From assembly GCF_001194135.2 (NCBI RefSeq), contig NC_068988.1, positions 71,780,693 through 71,821,930 on the forward strand: 41,238 nt of DNA, written 5' to 3'. A program made the translations under genes and the position numbers. Within the stretch, counting starts at the first letter, position 1; each line of letters opens with the position of its first letter. Below, piece by piece: positions 9,020-20,082 of this stretch. Under the pieces are notes generated by a model, which was not told the DNA's origin, did no database searches, and worked only from the letters and a program-made list of their open reading frames with translations. This stretch comes from Octopus bimaculoides. Lineage: Eukaryota.

Positions 9020-10535
9020 GATGGCTGGTCCTAGAGTGACCAATGGTTTCGCATCCACGAAGCAGTAGCCTTGCGGACGATTCATCAGACTCTAATCCGG
9101 TGACAAATTTAACTCTTCACCTCAGGGAGGCAGAAATATGTTACAGTCATTGGCCATTTGGTCATCGAAGGATAAATAGTCCCGCGTCAGTGAGGACGGC
9201 TTATCTCCCTTAGATCAGCTATTTGTAGGCTGGGAGACGGGGAACAAGGGATTCGCTGCTTTTGGTTCGTAAGTACCCTTCCGGGCTTAGTCAGAGAACG
9301 GGGTATCACATGCTTGTGGTAGGTAGCGCTGGAAATGGGTGCATGATGTGAAAATTCCTTGGCGAGTTTTCACTGATCCAGGTTTCAGGGAGTCTTTGAA
9401 TATCGCTCGGTTTTGCAACGCTGGGTCCTGGCCACTCTAAGATCTTCTACTTGTTATCGTATGGGATCCCTTCATCTTTGAGGTGCTACATTTTGCTGGC
9501 CAGGAATGTGATTAATCGTCTTTCCCGGATCCTGAAAGAGAACTTGTGATTGTACAGGCATCGCTTGATGACCGTCCCGGATGACCCGATATATTTCCAG
9601 GTTTGGGTATTGGTTGCGTTCACATTACTGGTGCATCTTCGGTTGGCTCCAGGCTTAGTGATGTTGTTGTTGGCATCGGTGTTGTTGGGGTTGCCGTCAG
9701 TGCTGTTATCATTACGATGCGTGGGTCCGGCGATGACGCTGTGGCTGTTATCACTGTGGTTGTCGTCCCTCGCCGTACCGTTGGCGCTGTTGTCTCCGGT
9801 GGTGATGTGGGTACCGTCGGCGATGTGGGTGCCGTCATTGGTAATGTTGGGTGAGGGGCCAATAACCTCACTGGTGCTACTGGTGTCGGCATGGTCATCT
9901 TCTCCGGCCATAGCACTGGTAGAAGGGTTGTTGACGTCAGTGCTGGTTTTTCTGCCGCTGTCACTGCCTCCGATGCCGTCGATGTTGTTGGATGATCCAT
10001 TGCTGCTATTACTGTGGTCAATAGGCCTGGGTATCACCACAGACTCATAGTGACTCCCTCGGCCTCGCATTGGCCTCCCCTGGACAGTCATTCTACACCC
10101 TACAAAAGCAGCCTGCCTCTTCCCGTGTGTTATGGGTGTTAGCTAATATACTTTTCATGTTGGGTGCATAAGTAAAGAAGACCCTTAGGTTGTGCCTGTT
10201 GAATAAACGTCCGTATCTGTGACTGTGAGAAGTTTTTGTCAATTAACCTGAAGAATATCCTTCCCACACTGGTCTTGATGTTGAGTGAGAAGGCTGAGGC
10301 AAGCTAAACTACGTTTCATCGGCGCCTCCTTTTATGGGTGCTAGAGCCTGGCATGTAGGAGATGCGGTCCTTAACCCCGCTGTACGCCTCGTTGTAGTAG
10401 GGGTGGCGGCGTCAAAGATGTCTTGACTAGAAGATAGATTCGAGATCCTCATGATGATAGCCTTCACTAGGTTCTTGAATATGATAGGGGGTGGCAGGAG
10501 GCTGTGTTGATATAAGACAGTCGCCATGCCAGAAA
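9020..10535 (-). mobile_element. 5'-truncated Penelope-like element (RT thumb, linker, GIY-YIG with large insertion)
   Basis: Minus strand: PPPIIFKNLVKAIIMRISNLSSSQDIFDAATP (thumb), FSLNIKTSVGRIFFRLIDKNF and FNRHNLRVFFTYAPNMKSIL (linker), CFCRV*NDCP, then HYESVV...WKYIGSSGTVIKRCLYNHKFSF; hammerhead motif at the 3' end. Confidence 0.85.
9032..9094 (-). ncRNA. type I hammerhead ribozyme motif
   Basis: RC reads TAGAGT-CTGATGA-at-CGTCCGC...GTGGATG-c-GAAA-CCA-T-TG-GTC-ACTCTA: perfect 6-bp stem I, 7-bp stem II with G-U pairs, self-complementary stem III, GUC cleavage triplet. Confidence 0.75.
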
Positions 10536-11179
10536 AGACAAAACGTATACCTATACATTGTATCACAAAATAAGGATCAAGTTAAAAGAAATACAATAAG
10601 TTGATAAAATAAGCATCTTCAAAATTTATTGATGACTCACTTAATTTAGTCAACTGCGTAGCATTTTCTTTGTAAACTCTAATATTTTCCTAGACAATCT
10701 AATTTGCGAAAAGCAAAAGTTAACTGCTTACGAAAGGAAAGTCCATGACGCAGTACACCAAGTTGTCCAAGGGAGTGAACTCTATAAATAATTATCTCCC
10801 TCGAGTCTGATTAATTACATTTATTTCTGATAAAATATTTTAAGCGATAATATTGCAGTACAAAGTTCTGTTAACTATTCTCTATGCTCGTAAGAAAGAA
10901 AAGCTGTATGAAGACAAAGAAAGATGGCTTCAAATGCAATGTCAGTGAAATCCTAAGGAAGTTCTAAATGAATTCTCTTTCATTAAAAATACTGTTTCTC
11001 AAAATTTGCAAAACATGATTGCAAAAATAGCAAACGGAGCAACTTAGTTATTCGTACTAATATGGTTTCAAAACAAAACACATATATTACATATAATATA
11101 ATATAATAGAATAGAATATATAATAACATGAAATATAATAATCAGGCTTTCAGTAATAGGCACATGCACGCAAACATAC

Positions 11180-11427
11180 CTAATTGGTTAAGAAGTACGC
11201 TTCGCAACCAAATGGTTTCGGGTTCAAGTTACACAGCACAACATCTTCCTGCAGCGTAAGGGAGATAACCGTTATTTAAGAACTTGTTTTCATTATAAAG
11301 GCACATCGAGGACTTTTAAAGATAATTACCCTAATAACAAGGTATGTCCAAGGTATGCGCCCATCCCGCCCGATTAATGCATTCAGAGTTCATTTGGTAA
11401 ACGGAAACTGTACGAAAGTCTGTTGTA

Positions 11428-11450
<23 letters not shown>
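11180..11450 (+). mobile_element. 5' half of SINE (family 1) shared with the copy B unit, split by nested PLE insertions; 3' half at about 20020-20390
   Basis: Collinear with the uninterrupted SINE at about 36430-36780; breakpoint in its (CTAT)n tract. Confidence 0.7.
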
Positions 11451-11477
<27 letters not shown>

Positions 11478-11491
11478 GATAAAATATAATC

Positions 11492-11520
<29 letters not shown>

Positions 11521-11522
<2 letters not shown>

Positions 11523-12800
11523 GGAGTTAAAAGATAATGGTATTAATTTTAGCCGTAAATGGGAAATTATAAGAAAAGCTCAACCTTATAGAAATAATAG
11601 ATATGGATGTGAATTGTGTTCTATGGAAATATATGAAATTTTTAAACTTAGAAATAATCCTAATCTAATCAATAATAGATTAGACCTTAGGGTATCATGT
11701 GTACACTGCTCTACTCGCACTTTTAAATTTTTTAAAAAATAGGTCTTTATAAAGTAGCTAAAGTTATCAAATTATAGTACTTTACTTCTACCATGGTCAA
11801 CTAGGACTATCAATTAGCACATAATTTTAAATTGGTAATTGAACCTTTATGACATATATTCCTGATCTCTCACCTTAACATTTAATCTACTTAAATCAAT
11901 CATCAGGTTCCTGTATTGAATATCCTTGTTATTTCCTAGCATCTTTTCTTTTTTCAGTCCCTTAAACCTTAGTAAGCACATTATTATAAACTAATATAAA
12001 TCCGATAATAATTTTTATTCACATTATAAAAATAAAGCTTACCTATGTGTCTCCTAAATAGTATCATTATTTTATTTTCAGCTAAAATTTTTTTAAGATA
12101 ATTCAAAATAGTTCTCATGAACCCAATATACTTAATATCCTTAAACTTTACACCCTATTTATAGCCCCTGAATTCAATAATGACATTATTTCATGATTTT
12201 TGTATAAAATAATTACATCTCTTTTTATCTATTTTATTAACATACCTCTTATTGTGAAAATATTGGTTAAACTAATATTGTTATCTGTATAACTATACTG
12301 ATACTCTATTTAGACTAAAAGAAAAAAAACTATTTGACCCATATACCTAAGGTTTTAATTCCTCAACGTTTTGATAGTAGTAAAATGACCTGGTACTACT
12401 CTGACCAGGGATACATTTATAATCTAATACATTTATAGCCTTGTCCATGCATACTGCTTACACCTTCCCTTTCCTTAGAAGTAATTGTCCCTTATGCTAT
12501 CACCACTAGATAAGAGACAAACAAAATCAGAGACAGAACTTTTGTCTAGAATCAATTACTAGCCTGATAGACTCGGCTATGTCAAGACGGATTCATGTAT
12601 TCTTCCTCCCACTTGGATGTTTATGTATTCTTTCTCCCACTTGGATTTGAAATGCTGCCACAATTATAATATGTCTATTCTACTGTAATTTTCTGCATTT
12701 TCGTGCAGCTGAAGATTGCTGTTCATATTGCATTTAATGTAATGCTCGCATTACTTAAATAAATGGAGTAGCATGAAACGTGCGTACTGCAATCATCTTT
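11521..12800 (+). mobile_element. 5'-truncated Penelope-like element (C-terminal GIY-YIG remnant + long 3' region)
   Basis: RELKDNGINFSRKWEIIRKAQPYRNNRYGCELCSMEIYEIFKLRNNPNLINNRLDLRVSCVH from 11521 to about 11740; hammerhead motif at 12704-12791. Confidence 0.7.
12704..12791 (+). ncRNA. type I hammerhead ribozyme motif
   Basis: TGCAG-CTGAAGA-t-TGCTG...TAGCA-t-GAAA-CG-TG-C-GTA-CTGCA: 5-bp stem I, stem II, stem III with 2-nt loop, GUA triplet. Confidence 0.7.
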
Positions 12801-13787
12801 GAAATCNNNNNNNNNNNNNNNNNNNNNNNNNNNNNNNNNNNNNNNNNNNNNNNNNNNNNNNNNNNNNNNNNNNNNNNNNNNNNNNNNNNNNNNNNNNNNN
12901 NNNNNNNNNNNNNNNNNNNNNNNNNNNNNNNNNNNNNNNNNNNNNNNNNNNNNNNNNNNNNNNNNNNNNNNNNNNNNNNNNNNNNNNNNNNNNNNNNNNN
13001 NNNNNNNNNNNNNNNNNNNNNNNNNNNNNNNNNNNNNNNNNNNNNNNNNNNNNNNNNNNNNNNNNNNNNNNNNNNNNNNNNNNNNNNNNNNNNNNNNNNN
13101 NNNNNNNNNNNNNNNNNNNNNNNNNNNNNNNNNNNNNNNNNNNNNNNNNNNNNNNNNNNNNNNNNNNNNNNNNNNNNNNNNNNNNNNNNNNNNNNNNNNN
13201 NNNNNNNNNNNNNNNNNNNNNNNNNNNNNNNNNNNNNNNNNNNNNNNNNNNNNNNNNNNNNNNNNNNNNNNNNNNNNNNNNNNNNNNNNNNNNNNNNNNN
13301 NNNNNNNNNNNNNNNNNNNNNNNNNNNNNNNNNNNNNNNNNNNNNNNNNNNNNNNNNNNNNNNNNNNNNNNNNNNNNNNNNNNNNNNNNNNNNNNNNNNN
13401 NNNNNNNNNNNNNNNNNNNNNNNNNNNNNNNNNNNNNNNNNNNNNNNNNNNNNNNNNNNNNNNNNNNNNNNNNNNNNNNNNNNNNNNNNNNNNNNNNNNN
13501 NNNNNNNNNNNNNNNNNNNNNNNNNNNNNNNNNNNNNNNNNNNNNNNNNNNNNNNNNNNNNNNNNNNNNNNNNNNNNNNNNNNNNNNNNNNNNNNNNNNN
13601 NNNNNNNNNNNNNNNNNNNNNNNNNNNNNNNNNNNNNNNNNNNNNNNNNNNNNNNNNNNNNNNNNNNNNNNNNNNNNNNNNNNNNNNNNNNNNNNNNNNN
13701 NNNNNNNNNNNNNNNNNNNNNNNNNNNNNNNNNNNNNNNNNNNNNNNNNNNNNNNNNNNNNNNNNNNNNNNNNNNNNNNNNNNNNNN

Positions 13788-13836
<49 letters not shown>

Positions 13837-13873
13837 ATGGAGTTAAGCGCAGGTGTTATTCAAATTATTTTAC

Positions 13874-13957
13874 TTCCGACATGTTTCGAAGACGACATTG
13901 GTATTAATCCAGAAGAAATAAAATGGTGTAAAACAATGCAAGCTTCTCATCAGGTAA
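13874..13957 (-). ncRNA. type I hammerhead ribozyme motif in the 3' pLTR
   Basis: RC: CTGATGA-GAAG...CTTC-GAAA-C-AT-GTC-GGAAG. Core intact, stem I degenerate. Same family as the motif at 40621-40704. Confidence 0.6.
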
Positions 13958-14299
13958 TGAAAGAAACCAAACACATCAGTAAGACATTTTAACAGAATGT
14001 GATGTCTGCATATATAATGAAGGGAACGCTATCAAGTTGTTTTTATTAAAAAAAAAACTGTTAGTATATATAACGTCAAAGGTAGTTTATAGAAAGAGAA
14101 GGAGGAGAAAGAAAGAAATTAACTGAAAATTAATAGTGGAGAGATATAGAGCGATAGGTGAATTAGAATAAATCTTAAAGAAATGGAAGTAGATATATTT
14201 AGTGGAAGTGCAATGTAAGAAGATAGTCAAAGGTAGAATTATATAGAATGGAAGAAATCACTTATAGGAACAAAGGGTATGTTTCTGCCATGTTTGCAA

Positions 14300-16530
14300 C
14301 GATAAACGCGTTCTATAAAAGTGAGCTATTACAAAGGGAGCTAAAAGACTTACTGTTGTCATAAGGTAAAGAAATAGTGAGAATATTATGATCTTTTAGA
14401 TACCAGATTAATTTACTAAGCCCCGTATTGTTACGTTTATTGATATGCCTAACTGTAGAGTAATGATTAGATATTCTTTTGGACAGCTGAGATGAAGAAC
14501 TACCTATATAAAAAAAAGACGTCGGAACCCGAAGTAATTTTACATTGATAAATAGAATTTCTAGTCTTCGAATTGCTGCTAAGAAAACGAATACGATTGG
14601 AATTGACTTCAGAAACAGTGACCCCGCTGTTAATATTATTTAAAGAATGGTTAGTGTTAACAAAATTAATGTTAGTATTTTCATTTAGTAGATTTGTATT
14701 TAACAACTTATAATTATGCGAAGAGATGATTTATGAAAGTTTTTTTATGTTAGAAAAACCTATCCTAATTCGGTGTGAGTTAATAATCGAATAGTATCTT
14801 GAATTTCTTGGGAAATTCTTTTCTATAGCTTCACAAAACTGGTAATGGAGGTTAGATTCGATATCTGCTAACCATATGGAATTATTAACCAAACAGTTTT
14901 GCTTGGACATACCTTGTTATTAGGGTAATTATCTTTAAAAGTCCTCGATGTACCTTTATAATAAAAAAGGGTCTTAAATAACGGTTATCTCCCTTACGCT
15001 GCAGGAATACATTACTCGATTTGGTGTTGTTATTCGAAATAAAATTAAAATTGTTAATATCGTTACAACTTGATTTCATGTCCTGATTAATAGAGGTAGA
15101 ATTAATGTCTATACGGTTAATATAGGTAATTTTATATAATCTTTATAGCCTGTAAGGCAGAGTTATAAAATACAGCTTTATCATTGAACATTAGCAGATA
15201 AACTAGAAAGTCTAAGTGAAATATTCCTAACTAAATTCTTTGTAATAGCCTTAGAGTGATTACTGAAAGAGCTAATATATTTTAAATTAGTTGAGGATTT
15301 ATGGTATGGGAAATACGAAGCATTATGCAAGTTAAGGGTAATATCCAAAAAGTTGGCTTTAGTTACATCATCGTCAAAAACAATGCTTAAGCTCATGTTT
15401 CGGAAAAATTTAACTAAGCTATTCTTAGTCCTTTGTAATTTTTGGTTAGAAGCATTTTGAAGGTAGAGTAGGCAATCATCACGATATAGACCTCCACTGA
15501 TGTTTGGGAATTGGTCAGCCATCTCATAAAGGATACATATATACCGACCAATTAAGCGATTTGCGCTGATTCAGAACTTCCCATCGTGACATCAAAACTG
15601 TCGGATGTATCTTTACGGACCTACAGCTTGTTATCAAATTTAATAATAGATTTTCTGGCGGCCAACACGATATTAATTTCATCCCTGGTGAGACCTGCTT
15701 TGTTGTGAGCGAGCCAGAGTGCATTGTTAAGTACGATTGGGTTGATAGAAGAAAAGAAACTAGAAATGTCAAATTGGATAAACTTAGTGCACTTCTTGTT
15801 ATTAGAAGAACTAAACCAATCGACCACTTGGAACGAATTAAATCATAAATTAAGCTTTAATTTTTTAACTAAGGTAGGAATATATTTATCTAGAATATTT
15901 TTGCTAAGTACACCGATGTCAGAGATAGAAGGACAAATAAGTCGTAAGGATGGGTTATTAAAAAAATTTTGTTTGTGATATTTCAAGATAAAACGAGGTT
16001 GCTTAGGATCAAGGGGTTCTGTCTTCATCTGTAAGTCATATTTCTCCATAATTTTCTTAGCCTCAAGATTGGCTTTACTGATTGCATTTTTACCGGGAAT
16101 CCTATAATTCTTCTGCATTTCTTTTCTAAGCAATTTTAGGTAATAGTCCTTGGTAAGCCCGTACAAGTTTCCTATTTTATCCTATTGAACCAGTGTCCCA
16201 TCCATGCTCTGAATTTCTTTGGTGATATTGTGATGATACCTCAGATGTTTATTCCTTAAGGCTAAACGGTGGAATTTCACATTCCTCACGATAGACCAGA
16301 GATCGTCTTCAAACTGTTTCAATCTTGGGTTAGGTGGAGGACTGTTTTTAGATTTAAACAATTTTTTGAATATAGAAGCTGGATCGTTAGAGGGCTATTT
16401 AATATCTTTATTGTCGAAGAAAAACGCAAGCCATCTAATACGGTTAATAAAGGAGTTTGTCTTACTAATGAGTTGTTTAAGGAAAACTTTCTTGGGGGAA
16501 TGGGTATATCCTTAAGAGATGCGTTTATAT
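14300..16530 (-). pseudogene. PLE reverse transcriptase + GIY-YIG endonuclease pseudogene
   Basis: Fragments 15843-16166, 15621-15827 and 15181-15522 of the ORF track join across in-frame stops; YRDD catalytic motif. Confidence 0.9.
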
Positions 16531-17417
16531 CAAACAGCTCCGTATGCAGAAACTATTTTATTAGCTGGTTATATGGACACCTGGTTGAAGTGTGTATAAA
16601 TGTTTGTGTGTTTTTACAGTGTTTACAATTAACACGGAATAAAATGAATAAACAGTTACCAGAGTAGCAAATATTCACGCAAGTAACAAGGATGTAACAG
16701 CCTATTTATAAAATTAGAAACTCCAGGTTTAGGTGAAATATTTTGTATAATATTGATAAATAAATGGAGTTAAACGCAGGTTTTATTCGAATTCTATTAC
16801 TTCCGACATATGTTTCGAAGACAACATTGGTATTATTTCAGAAGGAATAAAATGATATAAAACGATGCAACCAAACATCAATAAGACATTTTAATACAAT
16901 GTGATGACGGCGAATATGATGAAGGGAACGCTATAAATTTTGTTTTAAAAAACCGTTTTATACATATATATATATATANNNNNNNNNNNNNNNNNNNNNN
17001 NNNNNNNNNNNNNNNNNNNNNNNNNNNNNNNNNNNNNNNNNNNNNNNNNNNNNNNNNNNNNNNNNNNNNNNNNNNNNNNNNNNNNNNNNNNNNNNNNNNN
17101 NNNNNNNNNNNNNNNNNNNNNNNNNNNNNNNNNNNNNNNNNNNNNNNNNNNNNNNNNNNNNNNNNNNNNNNNNNNNNNNNNNNNNNNNNNNNNNNNNNNN
17201 NNNNNNNNNNNNNNNNNNNNNNNNNNNNNNNNNNNNNNNNNNNNNNNNNNNNNNNNNNNNNNNNNNNNNNNNNNNNNNNNNNNNNNNNNNNNNNNNNNNN
17301 NNNNNNNNNNNNNNNNNNNNNNNNNNNNNNNNNNNNNNNNNNNNNNNNNNNNNNNNNNNNNNNNNNNNNNNNNNNNNNNNNNNNNNNNNNNNNNTATGGT
17401 ATTCTTCGATGTTGTTG

Positions 17418-17484
<67 letters not shown>

Positions 17485-17485
17485 A

Positions 17486-17573
17486 TGCCCGTGGGCATTT
17501 GGCGTAGTGGTTAAGGCTGCGGGCTACTAACCCCAAGATTCCGAGTTCGATTCCAAGCAGTGACCTGAACAAC

Positions 17574-17632
<59 letters not shown>

Positions 17633-17815
17633 CAACAAAAACAACAACAACAACAACAACAACAACATCGAAGAATACCTTAGGAATGTGAACCCAGGTT
17701 CGAAATTTCCCCAAGACACCTGAAGAAGGTTGGAGGGTATATCAGCCGAAACGTTGTATTAACAACAAACAAGATGAAGACAAATATCCATCGTATGTAA
17801 ATAATGTAAATAATG
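17486..17815 (+). mobile_element. tRNA-headed SINE with (AAT/AAC)n core and hammerhead-bearing tail
   Basis: A box TGGCGTAGTGG (17500-17510), B box GAGTTCGATTCC (17543-17554), microsatellite, hammerhead motif at 17715-17760, 3' tandem tgtaaataa repeats. Confidence 0.75.
17715..17760 (+). ncRNA. minimal type I hammerhead ribozyme motif
   Basis: GACAC-CTGAAGA-A-GGTTG...CAGCC-GAAA-C-GTT-GTATT; palindromic AACGTT stem III; one mismatch in stem I. Confidence 0.6.
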
Positions 17816-17829
17816 AAGTAAATGGTATA

Positions 17830-20000
17830 AAATGACTACGCACGTTTCGTGGCTATATTTTCAAATAGATAACTACTAAAGCCAATTCAATTAATAATTC
17901 TATTAATAATCAAATCGATCTACTGTTAAATCTATTCAAAACTATAGTCACTCGTCAGGTCTAAAATAAAGTAAAAATAATGATAAAAAATCAATGTACT
18001 TATTGTAACTTATACCAAATATCTGAATATCTAAAAAGAATACCTGTTTTAAAAATAAATAAATAATCGAAAAACATTTAACAATATTTCTTATAGTAAA
18101 AACACAACTTATCTTATCGAAGAATTGCTGTAAACTAAAATTTTAAACGTAAATTTTAAACGTAATACTTAGAACTTAGCGTTTATACGAAATATATCGC
18201 GTGAAAATATGGCGTAAATAAAAAATTATGGAATAATGAGATAGAAATGTATTTAAACCGTTGAGATGACTTATTGTATTTTTGATGTGAGAATAAGGAA
18301 AAAACTAACTGTAGTATATCATTTGCTTAAAATAGTAAAGTCTAAATAACCTAAATCTAAAATACCTAAAATACATTATATATTATATACAAAATGAAGC
18401 TAAATTACAATAATACAATCTATTTACATTAATTAATTAATTAATTTATTTATTTATTTTATAAACATCTTAGTTTAATGTTATTCTAAATATGTAATAT
18501 ATCCTTTATAATTTCGTGCTAATTTATACACATTCTACTACTACAAATCATAACTAGAACAATTAGTAACATAAACTAGGATTCATATAAATGCACAACT
18601 CAACTAAACTTATTATATAAATAATTTAACTTATGACTGCATTTAATTTTTCGTTCATCTAGGGAATTAAACAATTTTTTATTATTAGTTAATAATATCT
18701 TAAATTCATTAGTACATAATAGACAAGAAGCACTACTTATTCAATAAGATTTAGTTTTACAAACTATCTCCCAATTTAAATTGTACATAATATTTTTAGA
18801 TTTTAGTTCCATATATATTTACTAAGGCCAGTAGAATTAATGAAATTTCTATTCTTAAAAGAATTCATATGTTGAGCCACACGTAATTTAATTTTGTTAG
18901 AAGTCGACCCTATGTAAATAGTATTTAAATCAATGCCATTCATACTATTATCATCAAGCAAAGTCACTACACATTTATATACTACATCATCCAAGTTACA
19001 GTTATTATTAAATTTACATTTATTTTTATCTCTACATGTACAATTAATTATGTTCTGGTCTGTATTATTATTATTGGAATAATTACTTGATTTGCTTTTG
19101 TAAAACTTATTCAGCTTAAATTTATTAAAAGAAGAAATAATATTATCAGCATTATCAGTAGTAGAGTAACCAACTCCAAAATTATCACTAGAAAATATGT
19201 TATTATATTTTTTATTATCTCTAATGAATACCTCAATTATATTTAAAATCTCTTTAATAATTTTTGTTTTAACTTGAGCTCCATAAGGAATAATTAGCCA
19301 AGTTTTGTTCATATTATTTATATTATTACATTTATTTTTCATATTATAAAATTTATTATTATCAATAAAAGAATAAAATCTAATCTTATTTTTTAGTCTA
19401 CTATTATTATATTTATGTTTTGTATTATCATAATCCCTATTACTAATTCTATAATTACCTAAATAAAACTTATCATAGTTATTTATGTTAGGTTTATTAT
19501 TATAAAAAATCATAGGAATCATTGAAAATATAATCTTTTATAGTATAATTATATTTAGAATTATTAAAGAATTTAATATTATTATTATATCCCACCTCCC
19601 CCCAGGGCGTCATTATAATAGGGTGCGTGTTTTTGGAAAATATCAAAATTAGAAGAAAGCAGCGATATTCTTTTACCTATATTATCTGTCAACGATTTCT
19701 TAATCGGGGGTGGATGATTACTATTAGCATTAATATATCTAATGTTTTCATTAATTTTGTAGAATAGTTGGGTCTTACCTGTTATTAAATTCAAATTAGC
19801 ATCTAAGTAATTAACATTATAGTTCTCATTATATATATTTATGCTTAATCCATATCTTTTTTAAAAACTATATAGTTTCTTATATAATTCTAATGTTCTA
19901 TTGGTGCAATCGTTAGTTGTTAATAAAAGGTCATCCCTATATAAACCACCCTCCAACTTTAATTTTTCTAATTGAAGTTCTGATAATAAATAAATTCCCA
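17830..20000 (-). mobile_element. 5'-truncated AT-rich Penelope-like element (thumb, linker, GIY-YIG)
   Basis: YINANSNHPPPIKKSL...RISLLSS (19585-19794); WLIIPY, CTCRDKNKCKFNNNC, VVYKCVVT...IYIGSTS...RVAQHMNSF...STGLSKYIW (18803-19522); CLLC...KCSHK downstream; hammerhead at the 3' end. Confidence 0.85.
17834..17961 (-). ncRNA. type I hammerhead ribozyme motif
   Basis: RC: GAC-CTGACGA-GTGACTATA...TATAGCCAC-GAAA-CG-TG-C-GTA-GTC. Stem II pairs at 8 of 9 positions, stem I is 3 bp, GUA triplet. Confidence 0.75.
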
Positions 20001-20031
20001 CTATCTGTCTATCAATCTGTCCGCCTGTCTA

Positions 20032-20082
<51 letters not shown>

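Larger units (their letters stand above)
13830..16960 (-). mobile_element. near-full-length Penelope-like retrotransposon with direct pseudo-LTRs
   Basis: Disrupted ORF from about 16530 to 14300: SLKDIPIPPK N-terminus, RT motifs FIQFDISSFFSSI, FDVTMGSSESAQIA, GGLYRDDCL, FLDITLNL, thumb SNHSKAI, then SIYQCKIT...YIG...RISNHY...NTGLSKLIW (GIY-YIG). Direct repeats at 13830-14050 and 16757-16960. Confidence 0.92.

Noticed and set aside
9550-10050. 166-aa hydrophobic + strand ORF resembling a membrane protein
   Set aside because: Antisense shadow of the GC-rich low-complexity insertion in the minus-strand PLE endonuclease.
11841-11911. Minus-strand hammerhead-like remnant
   Set aside because: GAAA is mutated to GAAT and stem I is interrupted; at most a decayed motif.
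12780-13800. Long ORFs made mostly of X (also 27974-28831, 33591-34668, 39416-40580)
   Set aside because: Artefacts of N gaps.
15843-15848. In-frame TGA in the PLE RT as possible selenocysteine
   Set aside because: It falls where Trp is expected (TGG to TGA) and other stop types also occur; ordinary decay.
17495-17570. Possible tRNA gene
   Set aside because: A/B boxes are present but the acceptor stem is not convincingly paired and it runs into SINE body and microsatellite; SINE head.
16958-17719. Signal-peptide-like poly-Leu ORF
   Set aside because: Reverse complement of the (AAT/AAC)n tract in a SINE, running into a gap.
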